A stretch of 37,182 bases of DNA. Origin: Promethearchaeota archaeon (GTDB lineage Archaea; Asgardarchaeota; Lokiarchaeia; Sigyniarchaeales; SOKP01). The notes under the pieces are model-generated. The model made no database searches, was not told the DNA's origin, and saw only the letters and a list, made by a program, of their open reading frames with translations. The DNA lies in the NCBI GenBank assembly GCA_048938855.1, contig JBHLLT010000029.1:1-37182 (forward strand), written 5' to 3'. Numbering within the stretch: position 1 is the stretch's first letter; the number at the start of each line of letters is the position of its first letter. A program made the position numbers and the translations under genes. Shown here one piece after another: positions 17,011 to 26,344 of this stretch.

Positions 17011-18489
17011 TTACTTCCTTATTTCCTGAATTTGGTCAAATATATTATCAAATCTCTCTCGTATTGAACCATATAATCCTTCTTCTTCTGACACAACAGA
17101 GTTAATTGCTGTTTTTAGCCCATAATGACTTTCTGATATTAAAACCCGGATTGGTAATGTAAGGATATCATTTATTATCATTAGAAATTGTTGAATTATA
17201 TTTATTATTTGAGGTACTTTTTCACGAGTTCTGTCAACAGCTGAAGTTTCTGATGATATTAAACCATTCTCTCGTTCGGCTTTTAATTCTTCCCAAACAT
17301 TTTCTTTTAATTCAGAAAAATCAATTCCTAAATTCTGTAAAGCCATTTGTGCGCCTTCAAAGATATATGTTATAGTATCCTTGCCTGTAAATTCTTTAAC
17401 ATTTTCAACCATTTCAGCAGGAGCTAATCCATCCAAAAAGCTCACTAACAACTCATTATAGTCTCGAATAACATCTAGAGGAATAAATAAAAGAGTCATT
17501 TCTTTTAATTGTTTAAAAATATATCCAAATATCTTTGCTAACCATTCATTTTTGAGGAATTTTTCTAACAAACCACCATATTCATTTAAAAGATGAGTTC
17601 CGAGATAACCGATAATTCTAATCATATCATCTTCATAATTCCTAAAATAATCAAAGAAATGTTCAGGTTCCATGTTTAATTTATCTCTAATAATATCTGA
17701 AACTTTTTCTTTAATTGATTCTAATGGTTGGTCAAGATATTCTTCTAGTTTATCAATTGTTATGATATCTTGAATTTTATCTATTATATCAAGTTTAGTT
17801 TCCTGTAAAATTTCCTCTTCTTCGAGTGTGTCTTTAAAATAGCTTCTTATTATTTTTTTTTTTTGAATGTTAGATTCTAAAAGAGTTTTCCATTCTTTTA
17901 AATCATGAATTTTACAAATAAATTGTAAACAATCTCCTCCTTTTGTTATGCAAGCTTGTTCGATTATTTGAATTCTGTAATCACTACGTTTTATTTTTAA
18001 TATATAATTTGCAACACTTTCTAACATTCCACATAGCCCACATGCTAATCCTTCTGTTTCTTTAGTTTTTAAATTGCTAAATTTAAAATTATCTTCAAGA
18101 TTTTGTCCATACCCAGCACAAATTGGGCATTTATTAATTTTTAACACATAATCATTATACTTTGAATTCTGTTTAGGTATCTCTTCATATTTATAGTCAT
18201 CTAGCTCGGTTCCAAAAACTACAACCCAGAGAATTTCAAAGTAATCTAAAACTTTTTTAGGATTTCCAGGCATGAATTTAAAGATACTTGAATGACGTTC
18301 GCATGATTCTATTGCTGATCTTTTTCCAATCTCCCTAAGTATAATAAGACTCTCTTCTTCATTATTTGTAATTTCTTGTACTTCTTTAAGAATTTCTCTA
18401 TAAAGAAGTGTATAAAATAAAGCATTAGTAGACCTTCCAAATACTTTTGTAATTTTTTTCATTAACCATTGAAATGCTCCCAAGATCAT
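17011..18489 (-). CDS. V4R/Bet3-like domain protein with long helical C-terminal extension
   Basis: LREIGKRSA helix, KCPIC, CGLCGMLES and EQACITKGGDCLQF V4R signature; about 290 aa of helical tail. Confidence 0.75.
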   Translation of the reverse strand: MILGAFQWLMKKITKVFGRSTNALFYTLLYREILKEVQEITNNEEESLIILREIGKRSAIESCERHSSIFKFMPGNPKKVLDYFEILWVVVFGTELDDYKYEEIPKQNSKYNDYVLKINKCPICAGYGQNLEDNFKFSNLKTKETEGLACGLCGMLESVANYILKIKRSDYRIQIIEQACITKGGDCLQFICKIHDLKEWKTLLESNIQKKKIIRSYFKDTLEEEEILQETKLDIIDKIQDIITIDKLEEYLDQPLESIKEKVSDIIRDKLNMEPEHFFDYFRNYEDDMIRIIGYLGTHLLNEYGGLLEKFLKNEWLAKIFGYIFKQLKEMTLLFIPLDVIRDYNELLVSFLDGLAPAEMVENVKEFTGKDTITYIFEGAQMALQNLGIDFSELKENVWEELKAERENGLISSETSAVDRTREKVPQIINIIQQFLMIINDILTLPIRVLISESHYGLKTAINSVVSEEEGLYGSIRERFDNIFDQIQEIRK

Positions 18490-18998
18490 CCTCCTTTTTC
18501 CATTTTATATTTAAACAATTGGCTACATGATTTATTTCCATATGCTCGGGATTCAATTACCTCATATGGATTTAATAAAAGTTGTTTATTGCCAGACGTT
18601 TTTCTATTGATAAGATTTATTAATTCAGATACTAGCCCTAATAAAATTTCACAACCTGCAATTTCAATATCTTCATAATGATATTTGCATAACGCACAGT
18701 TATAATCTCGAACTTTAATGATTCCTTCAATTTCGTTGATTTCAATTGAAACTGTGCTACTTAATACTTTTTGATAGATAGTGGTTATAACATCCTTTAA
18801 ATTAGATAATGTAATTACATCTGTAGGTTTCCAATAATTAATATAAGTTTTTGCAATGTTTTGGCCCATTTTTCTTAATTTTTCTTTTGGATTTTTAATT
18901 CCATTTTTTTCCATTAATCGAGCCAAGTGAAAAACGGCATTCCGCATTTGATTCATCGTAGCCTCTGTTTCTATTAACTCTTTTCTTGAAAAATTCAT
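18486..18998 (-). CDS. V4R/TRAPP Bet3-like single-domain protein
   Basis: LRKMGQNIA helix, CALC, GCEILLGLV and ESRAYGNKSC; overlaps the next gene by ATGA. Confidence 0.72.
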   Translation of the reverse strand: MNFSRKELIETEATMNQMRNAVFHLARLMEKNGIKNPKEKLRKMGQNIAKTYINYWKPTDVITLSNLKDVITTIYQKVLSSTVSIEINEIEGIIKVRDYNCALCKYHYEDIEIAGCEILLGLVSELINLINRKTSGNKQLLLNPYEVIESRAYGNKSCSQLFKYKMEKGG

Positions 18999-19232
18999 TT
19001 TTCTATTTTGCCAACTGAAATTAAATTAAATATGAAAAAAATTTCATCAAATAAAAAATTTTTAGTATAATTAATTGATTATTTGTATGTTTAATTTCTA
19101 AAAAATTATTATTATGAATTGACTTTTTATTTAATTTGTCTTGATTCTAATGTGGACATAATACAAATCAAGTAAATAATAAAATAAATAAATTAAAACT
19201 CGCAATTTAACAAAATGTTAATTAAAAAGGAT

Positions 19233-19589
19233 TTACATATTATTAACTATTTCTCTAAGAACTTCTTCTCCAGCAGCACCAACCATCATACCGTTTCTAA
19301 CAAGTAGTTGCCCTTGAACCTCTATTGGGTGGTTTAAAAGCTCACCATTGTTGAAAAATAGAAGTGTAGGTATGGCGGTAACTCCGAATCTTTCGCCAAG
19401 AGGTCTGTTTTGATCAAGATCCTCTTTCAATAATTTAATTAATCCTTCATTTTTTAATTTTTCTAAGATTGGACTTAAAAATCTGCACGGTCCACACCAT
19501 GTTGTAAAAATATCAAGAATAACCTTCCCTTGCTTCATATCTTCTGTGATATCTAAGCCAAATTTCTTTAGTTCTTCAATACTCGTCAT
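19233..19589 (-). CDS. trxA: Thioredoxin
   Basis: WCGPC active site and GVTAIPTLLFF cis-Pro motif. Confidence 0.92.
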   Translation of the reverse strand: MTSIEELKKFGLDITEDMKQGKVILDIFTTWCGPCRFLSPILEKLKNEGLIKLLKEDLDQNRPLGERFGVTAIPTLLFFNNGELLNHPIEVQGQLLVRNGMMVGAAGEEVLREIVNNM

Positions 19590-19831
19590 ATCATCTCAGT
19601 TTTAAAATAATTTGCTTTATAGTATGTTTTTAAATTTTATTATAGGAATAAATATTTAATTGCTTTTATTAATTTCATTTGCATTTTAAAAACTTATCAT
19701 CTGTAATCTCAATAAACTTAAAATTATTTTAATCATCCAATTTTCAAATTAACAATTTTATATTAAAAAAAATAATTTTAAAATTAACAATAAGTTATAC
19801 TAAATAATATCAACAAAAAAGGTAATTTCAA

Positions 19832-20335
19832 ATGGCTACAATAGATTTTGATTTCAGAAACCAAATACTTGGTAATGACATTGGTACTACTTTGGCTTAT
19901 TGTTATCAATGTGCAACTTGTAGTGGTGCGTGTCCTGTAGCGCAGGTTACAGAAGGAAGATACAATCCAAGACGTTTAATTTTAGATGCTTTATTGGGAT
20001 TGAAAGAGAAAATTTTTGGGCCTAATAATGCATTTAACATTTGGGGTTGTACAGTATGTGATACTTGTGATGAAGTATGTCCTCAAAAGGTTGAATTGAC
20101 AGAGATTTTTACAATTCTTAAAAATATGAGCGTTGAGCGTGGCGAAGCTCCCAATCATTATACGGGGCAAGCATCGACAGTTTTGGAGCATGGGAAAGCA
20201 ATACCTATGCAACCCGCCATAGAAAGGCGACGTACACAATTAGGACTACCTGATATTATGAGTCCTGATGTTAATGAAGTGAAAAAATTGTTAGAAGCGA
20301 CAAAATTACCTGAAAAACTCCCTAAACCAGAATAA
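19832..20335 (+). CDS. hdrC: Heterodisulfide reductase subunit C-like 2x[4Fe-4S] protein
   Basis: CYQCATCSGACP, YNPRRLI and IWGCTVCDTCDEVCPQ motifs; C-terminal RRRTQLGLP. Confidence 0.9.
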   Translation: MATIDFDFRNQILGNDIGTTLAYCYQCATCSGACPVAQVTEGRYNPRRLILDALLGLKEKIFGPNNAFNIWGCTVCDTCDEVCPQKVELTEIFTILKNMSVERGEAPNHYTGQASTVLEHGKAIPMQPAIERRRTQLGLPDIMSPDVNEVKKLLEATKLPEKLPKPE

Positions 20336-20459
20336 CTTTTATTAATTTCTTTTTAGCTAATTTTTATTAATTTTCGTTAGAAATTTATACATATATTATT
20401 TTATTGAATTATAGCGAGAATTGAATGAATTTTTTTCTAAATAAATGAGGGAATATAAC

Positions 20460-21230
20460 ATGAGAAAACCGATAATTGGGGGGAATTGGAAGATGAATCG
20501 AGGAACCCCTAAAGAAGCAAAAGAAATGTTAGACAGTCTAATTCCACTTGTGAAAGACTTTAAATCCGTCGATATTGTAATTTGCGCTCCTTTTACAGTC
20601 CTAACTACTATGCATGATCTTTTAAAGGATACAAATATTAAGTTAGGAGCACAAAATATGTATTTTCAAGAGAAGGGAGCTTACACGGGAGAAATTTCAC
20701 CCTTTTTTCTAAAAAATATAGGAGTTGAATATGTTATTCTTGGTCATAGTGAACGGCGAGATATTTTTAATGAATCTGATGTCATGATAAATAAGAAACT
20801 TAAGATGGCTTTATCTATGGATTTAAGACCAATTGTTTGTATTGGTGAACACTTAGAAGAAAGAGAAACAGGGAAAACAATACAAATAATTGAAAATCAA
20901 TTTAATGAAACGTTTAAAAATCTTTCAAAGGAAGAAATGTTAAAATTAATAATAGCATATGAACCTATATGGGCAATAGGAACAGGAAAAACTGCAACTC
21001 CAGAGCAAGCAGAAGAGATTCATGCTTTTATAAGAGAACTCATAACTAAAAAATTTGGAGAAGAGACTGCTAATTTTATAAGAATACAATATGGTGGATC
21101 GATTAAACCAGATAATGCAGAAGGTTTGTTTAATAAAAAAAATATTGATGGTGGGTTGGTTGGAGGTGCTTCTCTTCAAGCAGATTCATTATTCCAAATA
21201 ATTGAAGTTGCTGGTTCGACATTCAAATAA
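20460..21230 (+). CDS. tpiA: Triosephosphate isomerase (bacterial/eukaryotic type)
   Basis: GNWKMN, GAYTGEIS, ILGHSERR, AYEPIWAIGTG, YGGS and LVGGASL motifs; ATG at 20460 with GAGG upstream. Confidence 0.97.
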   Translation: MRKPIIGGNWKMNRGTPKEAKEMLDSLIPLVKDFKSVDIVICAPFTVLTTMHDLLKDTNIKLGAQNMYFQEKGAYTGEISPFFLKNIGVEYVILGHSERRDIFNESDVMINKKLKMALSMDLRPIVCIGEHLEERETGKTIQIIENQFNETFKNLSKEEMLKLIIAYEPIWAIGTGKTATPEQAEEIHAFIRELITKKFGEETANFIRIQYGGSIKPDNAEGLFNKKNIDGGLVGGASLQADSLFQIIEVAGSTFK

Positions 21231-21311
21231 GCATCCTTTTAAATAAAGCAATTGTTATACTCTATCTCTAAAATCAATTGAATCTTTTTTTAAATTTAAT
21301 ATGAAAATATT

Positions 21312-22181
21312 TTACCCAAGGACTTTATTAAAGGCAGTAGTAAGTTTTCCAGGGAATTCCCCAAAATAACTCTGAGGATCGGCAAAAAGTAAATAAAAAT
21401 AGGGTTCAAACAAAACATCTTCGATTGTAGTACCAATATCTGATTTTATTATACAAACCTGAACAGATTCATCAGAAAAAAAAGATTGTCTATAAATCCA
21501 ATCCAAAGGAGCAATTTCAGGTATATATCCAATATGTCTTAAAATTTCAGATGCATTTTCCAATGAATATTTTTTACCATAAGAAATTATTGGAGAAAGA
21601 TCAAATGAAGTTATGCATATTCCCCATAAACCATAATCTCTCATTTCAATTAAGAAATCATTTGCCAAATGTTTTATTTCATTTCGGTTTTTCGATATCT
21701 TCTTTCTTGCCTTAGAATCTGTTAAAATGGCCTTAATCTTTTTTTCTTCATTTTCATAAATGGTATCTGCTGATTCAAGAGGAATTTTAGAGTTTATATA
21801 GTTATTATAAATTAGTTTTATCTTTTCCCGAACGGATTTATGCAACAAGAAAGTTTCAGTTTGAGCAGTAATTAAGACATCTCCATGATACTTTATCTTT
21901 TTTTCGTTAATATCATTTCGATCTGTATCTTTTTTAGGTTTAAATTCAAGTACTTCTATCTTTTTATCTATATTTCTAGCAAATTCAAACAGAGCAGAGA
22001 TTAAGCCAGCAGTTAGATCGAATTTTGATGAATCTTCCATCTGATCCTGAATATTAGATTTATCTTTGGAAAAGTCAAAAAATCTTAGAAAGACCTTTAT
22101 TCCTTCTGGAATAGGTTTAATAATTGAATTAAAATAAGGAAATCCAGTAGTAGAGATAACACTAAATTCATATATCGTCAT
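21312..22181 (-). CDS. Longin-like domain protein, possibly fused to a roadblock-like domain
   Basis: N-terminal IYEFSVISTTGFPYF...LTAGLISALFEFA pattern of Asgard longin-like proteins; second half has LWGICITSFDLSPIIS. Confidence 0.6.
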   Translation of the reverse strand: MTIYEFSVISTTGFPYFNSIIKPIPEGIKVFLRFFDFSKDKSNIQDQMEDSSKFDLTAGLISALFEFARNIDKKIEVLEFKPKKDTDRNDINEKKIKYHGDVLITAQTETFLLHKSVREKIKLIYNNYINSKIPLESADTIYENEEKKIKAILTDSKARKKISKNRNEIKHLANDFLIEMRDYGLWGICITSFDLSPIISYGKKYSLENASEILRHIGYIPEIAPLDWIYRQSFFSDESVQVCIIKSDIGTTIEDVLFEPYFYLLFADPQSYFGEFPGKLTTAFNKVLG

Positions 22182-22341
22182 TGATTTTTAAAACTATATG
22201 CTTATTTTAATTTGATTTACCGGTTTTCTACTTTATCATAATAGAATTAAATTTATAATAATATAATTAATTCTGAGTTAATAAATTAATAGTGAATTTA
22301 AACCTATTAAATAATTTAATTTGTCAACATCAATAATATTT

Positions 22342-25131
22342 TCAAATAATTATAATTGCTGGTTTACCAGGGAGGGCTTGAGTTGCTTTTTGCTCATTTG
22401 AGTCTTTTTCAAATTTTATTTCAACCAGGGAATTGAATTTTTTTTCTAAAATTGGCTTTATTTCATTAAAAAATTGGAATTCTTCTTCTGAAGATAATGA
22501 AAATTTTGAAAATTTACCAATGTTTTTGAGAATTTTACTAATGTATTGGCTTATCAATTTTCCATAGATCTTTAAATCATCATCACTCATTAAAATCCTC
22601 ATTATTTCTCCTTGATTCATAGTATCTTCTAGTAAAGACATAAATCTTCTATAAAATTTTGATTTCCAATAATCAGCTATAATTATATTAATCTTTTTCA
22701 ATGAATCTATTTTCATAGCTAATTTTATTTTATTAATATCATCAATGATATTATTGATTAGGTTCCACTTATGATTTGATTCTTTTGTAATTAAGTTCTT
22801 ATTATATATAGGCCATGGTGTTTTACTTACAAAACCATTTCTGCCCATAATTTCCCATGTTTCTTCAGTCATATGGGGTGCTATCGGATGAAGTAGTAAT
22901 ATTAATTTTTCCTTACATTCCCCAAATATTTCTCTGTTTATTCCTTCACTTTTATACTTATTTAACTCGGACGTAAATTGTATAATATTATTAACTGCGT
23001 TTCTTATTGATAAATTATCCAGATTCTTAGTAGTTTCTTTAATTGTTTTATTCAAAAAATACCTTATTAATGTATCTCGCACAGTAATGGAGGTTCTAGT
23101 TTCCTTAGGAGGTTCAGTTAATAACTGAAATGTACTTCTAATAAATCGAAAAGCATACTCTACACCTTCATCTGACCATTCTAATCCTGATTCTGGGCTA
23201 GCACCAAATAAAATGAAAAATCTTGCCGCATCAGCTCCATATTTGTCAATTATATCTCCTGGATTTACAGTATTCCCATAGCTTTTACTCATCTTTACGG
23301 ATTTAAGAATAAGCTCTTTACTTCCACATTTTCGACATTTCATATGATCCAAATCTGCTTTCATAAGGAAACTATTACAATTAATACAGAAGGGATGAGC
23401 TTTATTAATCATACCTTGAGTAAGTAAAGATTGAAAAGGTTCATCAAATTTGTGCAATCCTAAATCTCGAGCTACTTTTGTGAAAAAACGAGCATATATT
23501 AAGTGCATTACAGCATGCTCTACACCTCCAATATACTGATCAATATTCCCCCAGTAATTGACATTCGCACTTCTATATGGTATTGTTGATTTTATAGTTG
23601 GAGGATCGCAATATGCAAAGAAATACCAAGAGCTATCTATAAAAGTATCCATTGTATCAGTTTCTCTTTTTGCTTTACTTCCACATTTAGGGCATGTTGT
23701 GTTAATAAAACTTTCACTTGTTTCTAAAGGGTTACCAGTTCCAGTAAATTTAACATCTTTAGGTAAAATAACTGGTAAATTTTCATAAGGTACTGACACA
23801 ATTCCACATTGTTCACAATAAATTATTGGGATTGGACACCCCCAATAACGTTGACGTGAAATACCCCAATCTCTTAGTTTATAGTTTATAGTAGGATATC
23901 CTACATCAAGTTTATCCAACTTTTTAGTTATATGTTTAGCAGCCACTTTATTTTCAAGACCACTAAATTCTTCTGAGTTTACAAGTATTCCGTCACCCTC
24001 ATAGGCTCGAGTTATTTTTCTTACATCTAATTCATAATCGTGTGGTTGAATTACGATTTTTATGGGGATATTATACTCTTTTGCAAATTCAAAATCTCTC
24101 TGATCATGAGCAGGAACAGCCATGACTGCTCCAGCACCATACTCATAAATAACAAAATTACCAATAAAAATTGGGATTTCTTCATCATTTATTGGATTTA
24201 TTGCTTTTTTTCCAATGTACATCCCTTTTTTAACAATTTCAATATCAGTGCGCTCAAATTTATCTTGATGCATTACTTCGTCATATAATTTCTTGAAGTC
24301 ATCTTCATAATCAGTATTTCTTACCCATTCATGAATCCAAGGATGTTCTGGAGCGAATACCATAAATGTTACGCCATAAAGAGTATCAGGTCGAGTTGTA
24401 AAGATATCTATTGTTCTATCATCACCTTTAATAGGAAATTTTATAATTGTACCCTCTGATCTTCCGATCCAATTTCTTTGCATTAATTTCACTTTTTCAG
24501 GCCAATCAACGAGATTTAATCCCTCAAGCAGCTCTTCAGCATAATTTCTTATCTTTAGGAACCATTGTGTTAAAAACTTTTGATCAACTTTAGAATTGCA
24601 TCTCCAACATGTTCCACCCTGTGCTTGTTCGTTCGCTAAAACTGTTGAGCATATTGGACACCAATTGACATAACTTTCTTGCCTATATGCTAAGCCCCTT
24701 TCTAACATTTTTAAAAAAAACCATTGATCCCATTTATAAAAATTAGGATCGTGGCTAAATATTTCTCTTGTCCAATCATATGAAAGTCCAATTCTTTTTT
24801 GTTGATTTTTCATTGTTTTAATATTTTTATTAGTCCATAACTCTGGACTAGCTCCATGATCTATCGCCGCATTTTCAGCAGGCATACCAAAAGAATCATA
24901 ACCCATAGGATATAATACGTTAAAACCATTCATTCTCTTAAATCTAGCATAACAATCTCCGATAGTGTAATTCCTAAGATGTCCCATATGTAATTTACCA
25001 GAAGGATAAGGATACATCTCTAATACATAATATTTTTTCTTCTGTTTATCTTCTTTGACTTCAAATATTTTTTCTTTCTCCCACTTTTGTTGCCATTTCC
25101 TTTCTATTTTCTGGGGGTTATATTCAACCAT
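22342..25131 (-). CDS. leuS: Leucine--tRNA ligase (bacterial-type core, archaeal-type C-terminus)
   Basis: MYPYPSGKLHMGH, NWIGRSEG, FTTRPDT, GAVMAVPAHDQRD, DWGISRQRYWG and KMSKS motifs; ends in ALPGKPAIIII. Confidence 0.97.
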   Translation of the reverse strand: MVEYNPQKIERKWQQKWEKEKIFEVKEDKQKKKYYVLEMYPYPSGKLHMGHLRNYTIGDCYARFKRMNGFNVLYPMGYDSFGMPAENAAIDHGASPELWTNKNIKTMKNQQKRIGLSYDWTREIFSHDPNFYKWDQWFFLKMLERGLAYRQESYVNWCPICSTVLANEQAQGGTCWRCNSKVDQKFLTQWFLKIRNYAEELLEGLNLVDWPEKVKLMQRNWIGRSEGTIIKFPIKGDDRTIDIFTTRPDTLYGVTFMVFAPEHPWIHEWVRNTDYEDDFKKLYDEVMHQDKFERTDIEIVKKGMYIGKKAINPINDEEIPIFIGNFVIYEYGAGAVMAVPAHDQRDFEFAKEYNIPIKIVIQPHDYELDVRKITRAYEGDGILVNSEEFSGLENKVAAKHITKKLDKLDVGYPTINYKLRDWGISRQRYWGCPIPIIYCEQCGIVSVPYENLPVILPKDVKFTGTGNPLETSESFINTTCPKCGSKAKRETDTMDTFIDSSWYFFAYCDPPTIKSTIPYRSANVNYWGNIDQYIGGVEHAVMHLIYARFFTKVARDLGLHKFDEPFQSLLTQGMINKAHPFCINCNSFLMKADLDHMKCRKCGSKELILKSVKMSKSYGNTVNPGDIIDKYGADAARFFILFGASPESGLEWSDEGVEYAFRFIRSTFQLLTEPPKETRTSITVRDTLIRYFLNKTIKETTKNLDNLSIRNAVNNIIQFTSELNKYKSEGINREIFGECKEKLILLLHPIAPHMTEETWEIMGRNGFVSKTPWPIYNKNLITKESNHKWNLINNIIDDINKIKLAMKIDSLKKINIIIADYWKSKFYRRFMSLLEDTMNQGEIMRILMSDDDLKIYGKLISQYISKILKNIGKFSKFSLSSEEEFQFFNEIKPILEKKFNSLVEIKFEKDSNEQKATQALPGKPAIIII

Positions 25132-25306
25132 AAAACTATAGCACTTTTATTTAAATTGAGGGTATGTTCAATATTTAGTTTTTAAATAATTGATTTAATA
25201 AATTTTTTATGTAGTTACTTATAGAAGTTGAATCTTAATATTTCTTATATAGCATGAAGAGAGAAGATTATAAATTTTTTAAACTGAAGTAATAAAACTT
25301 AATTTT

Positions 25307-26329
25307 ATGAATATATTAGTGAAATTAGTGACCATCGAAAAAATTAGAGTATCTGTTGGAAGTGCTTCTGTTTTAGGTTTAGGAGTGTTGCCTCAATTTA
25401 AAAGCCCCCCAACTACATGTTATATTATGACATATAAGGAGGGTTCTTGTAATGCCAATTGTGGTTTTTGCCCACAAGCTCGATCATCAAAAGGTTCTAT
25501 CCAAAATCTTTCTCGAGTAAATTGGCCAATATTTAACTTTAAAGATTTTCTAACAAAATTAAAATATATGCCATTTTCAAAAAAATTTGATCGCATCTGT
25601 ATTCAAACCCTTAATTATGCAGAAAATTTCAATGATTTAATTGAAATTGTAACTCAAATTAAAACTTATACAGATATTCCAATATCAGTAGCTATTCCTC
25701 CATTCTCTAAAGACCAATTAAAAGAACTAAAATATAAAGGGATAGAGAGAGTCGGAATTGCATTAGATGGGGCAACACCTGATGTTTTTGATAATATTAA
25801 AGGTATGAATATTGGAGGCCCTTATAAGTGGGATGAACATATTCATAAGTTGCATGAAGCATTAGAAATCTTTTCTAAGGGATTTGTGAGTACACATATA
25901 ATAATTGGGTTAGGAGAAACAGAAAAACAAGTCATTGAGCTTATGGAAGAATTAAATAACATGGGAATTACAATTTCATTATTCGCTTTTACCCCTGTAA
26001 AAGGTACTAAATATGAAAATAAGCTCCAACCGGAAATATTAAGTTTTAGAAAACTACAACTAGCAAGATTTCTAATCATAAATGATAAGAGAAAATTGAA
26101 AGATTTTACGTTTAATATGAGAGAACAGTTAATAAATATTAATATCAGCAAAAATGATTTAAAAGATATTATTAATGATTCAAATGCTTTCTTAACTTCT
26201 GGATGTCCTGGATGTAATCGTCCATATTATACATCAAAACCATCAGGTCCGATTTATAACTATCCAAGAGTGTTAAAAGAAAAAGAAAAAATGGAAGTAT
26301 ATAATTTATTATTCGAATTTGTTAAATAA
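25307..26329 (+). CDS. lipS2: Radical SAM lipoyl synthase subunit LipS2-like
   Basis: CNANCGFC radical SAM motif plus C-terminal TSGCPGCNRP (TxGCPxCNRP); adjacent to a lipoate ligase. Confidence 0.82.
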   Translation: MNILVKLVTIEKIRVSVGSASVLGLGVLPQFKSPPTTCYIMTYKEGSCNANCGFCPQARSSKGSIQNLSRVNWPIFNFKDFLTKLKYMPFSKKFDRICIQTLNYAENFNDLIEIVTQIKTYTDIPISVAIPPFSKDQLKELKYKGIERVGIALDGATPDVFDNIKGMNIGGPYKWDEHIHKLHEALEIFSKGFVSTHIIIGLGETEKQVIELMEELNNMGITISLFAFTPVKGTKYENKLQPEILSFRKLQLARFLIINDKRKLKDFTFNMREQLININISKNDLKDIINDSNAFLTSGCPGCNRPYYTSKPSGPIYNYPRVLKEKEKMEVYNLLFEFVK

Positions 26330-26344
26330 AACCTTGTTTTTAAA

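Noticed and set aside
19140-19172. Imperfect hairpin CTTGATT...AATCAAG downstream of thioredoxin as a SECIS element
   Set aside because: No AUGA/GA core on the coding strand, and the thioredoxin has Cys codons with no in-frame UGA.
22243-22274. Inverted repeat AGAATTAA...TTAATTCT upstream of the longin-like gene
   Set aside because: Almost entirely A/T in a very AT-rich spacer; not distinguishable from chance by eye.
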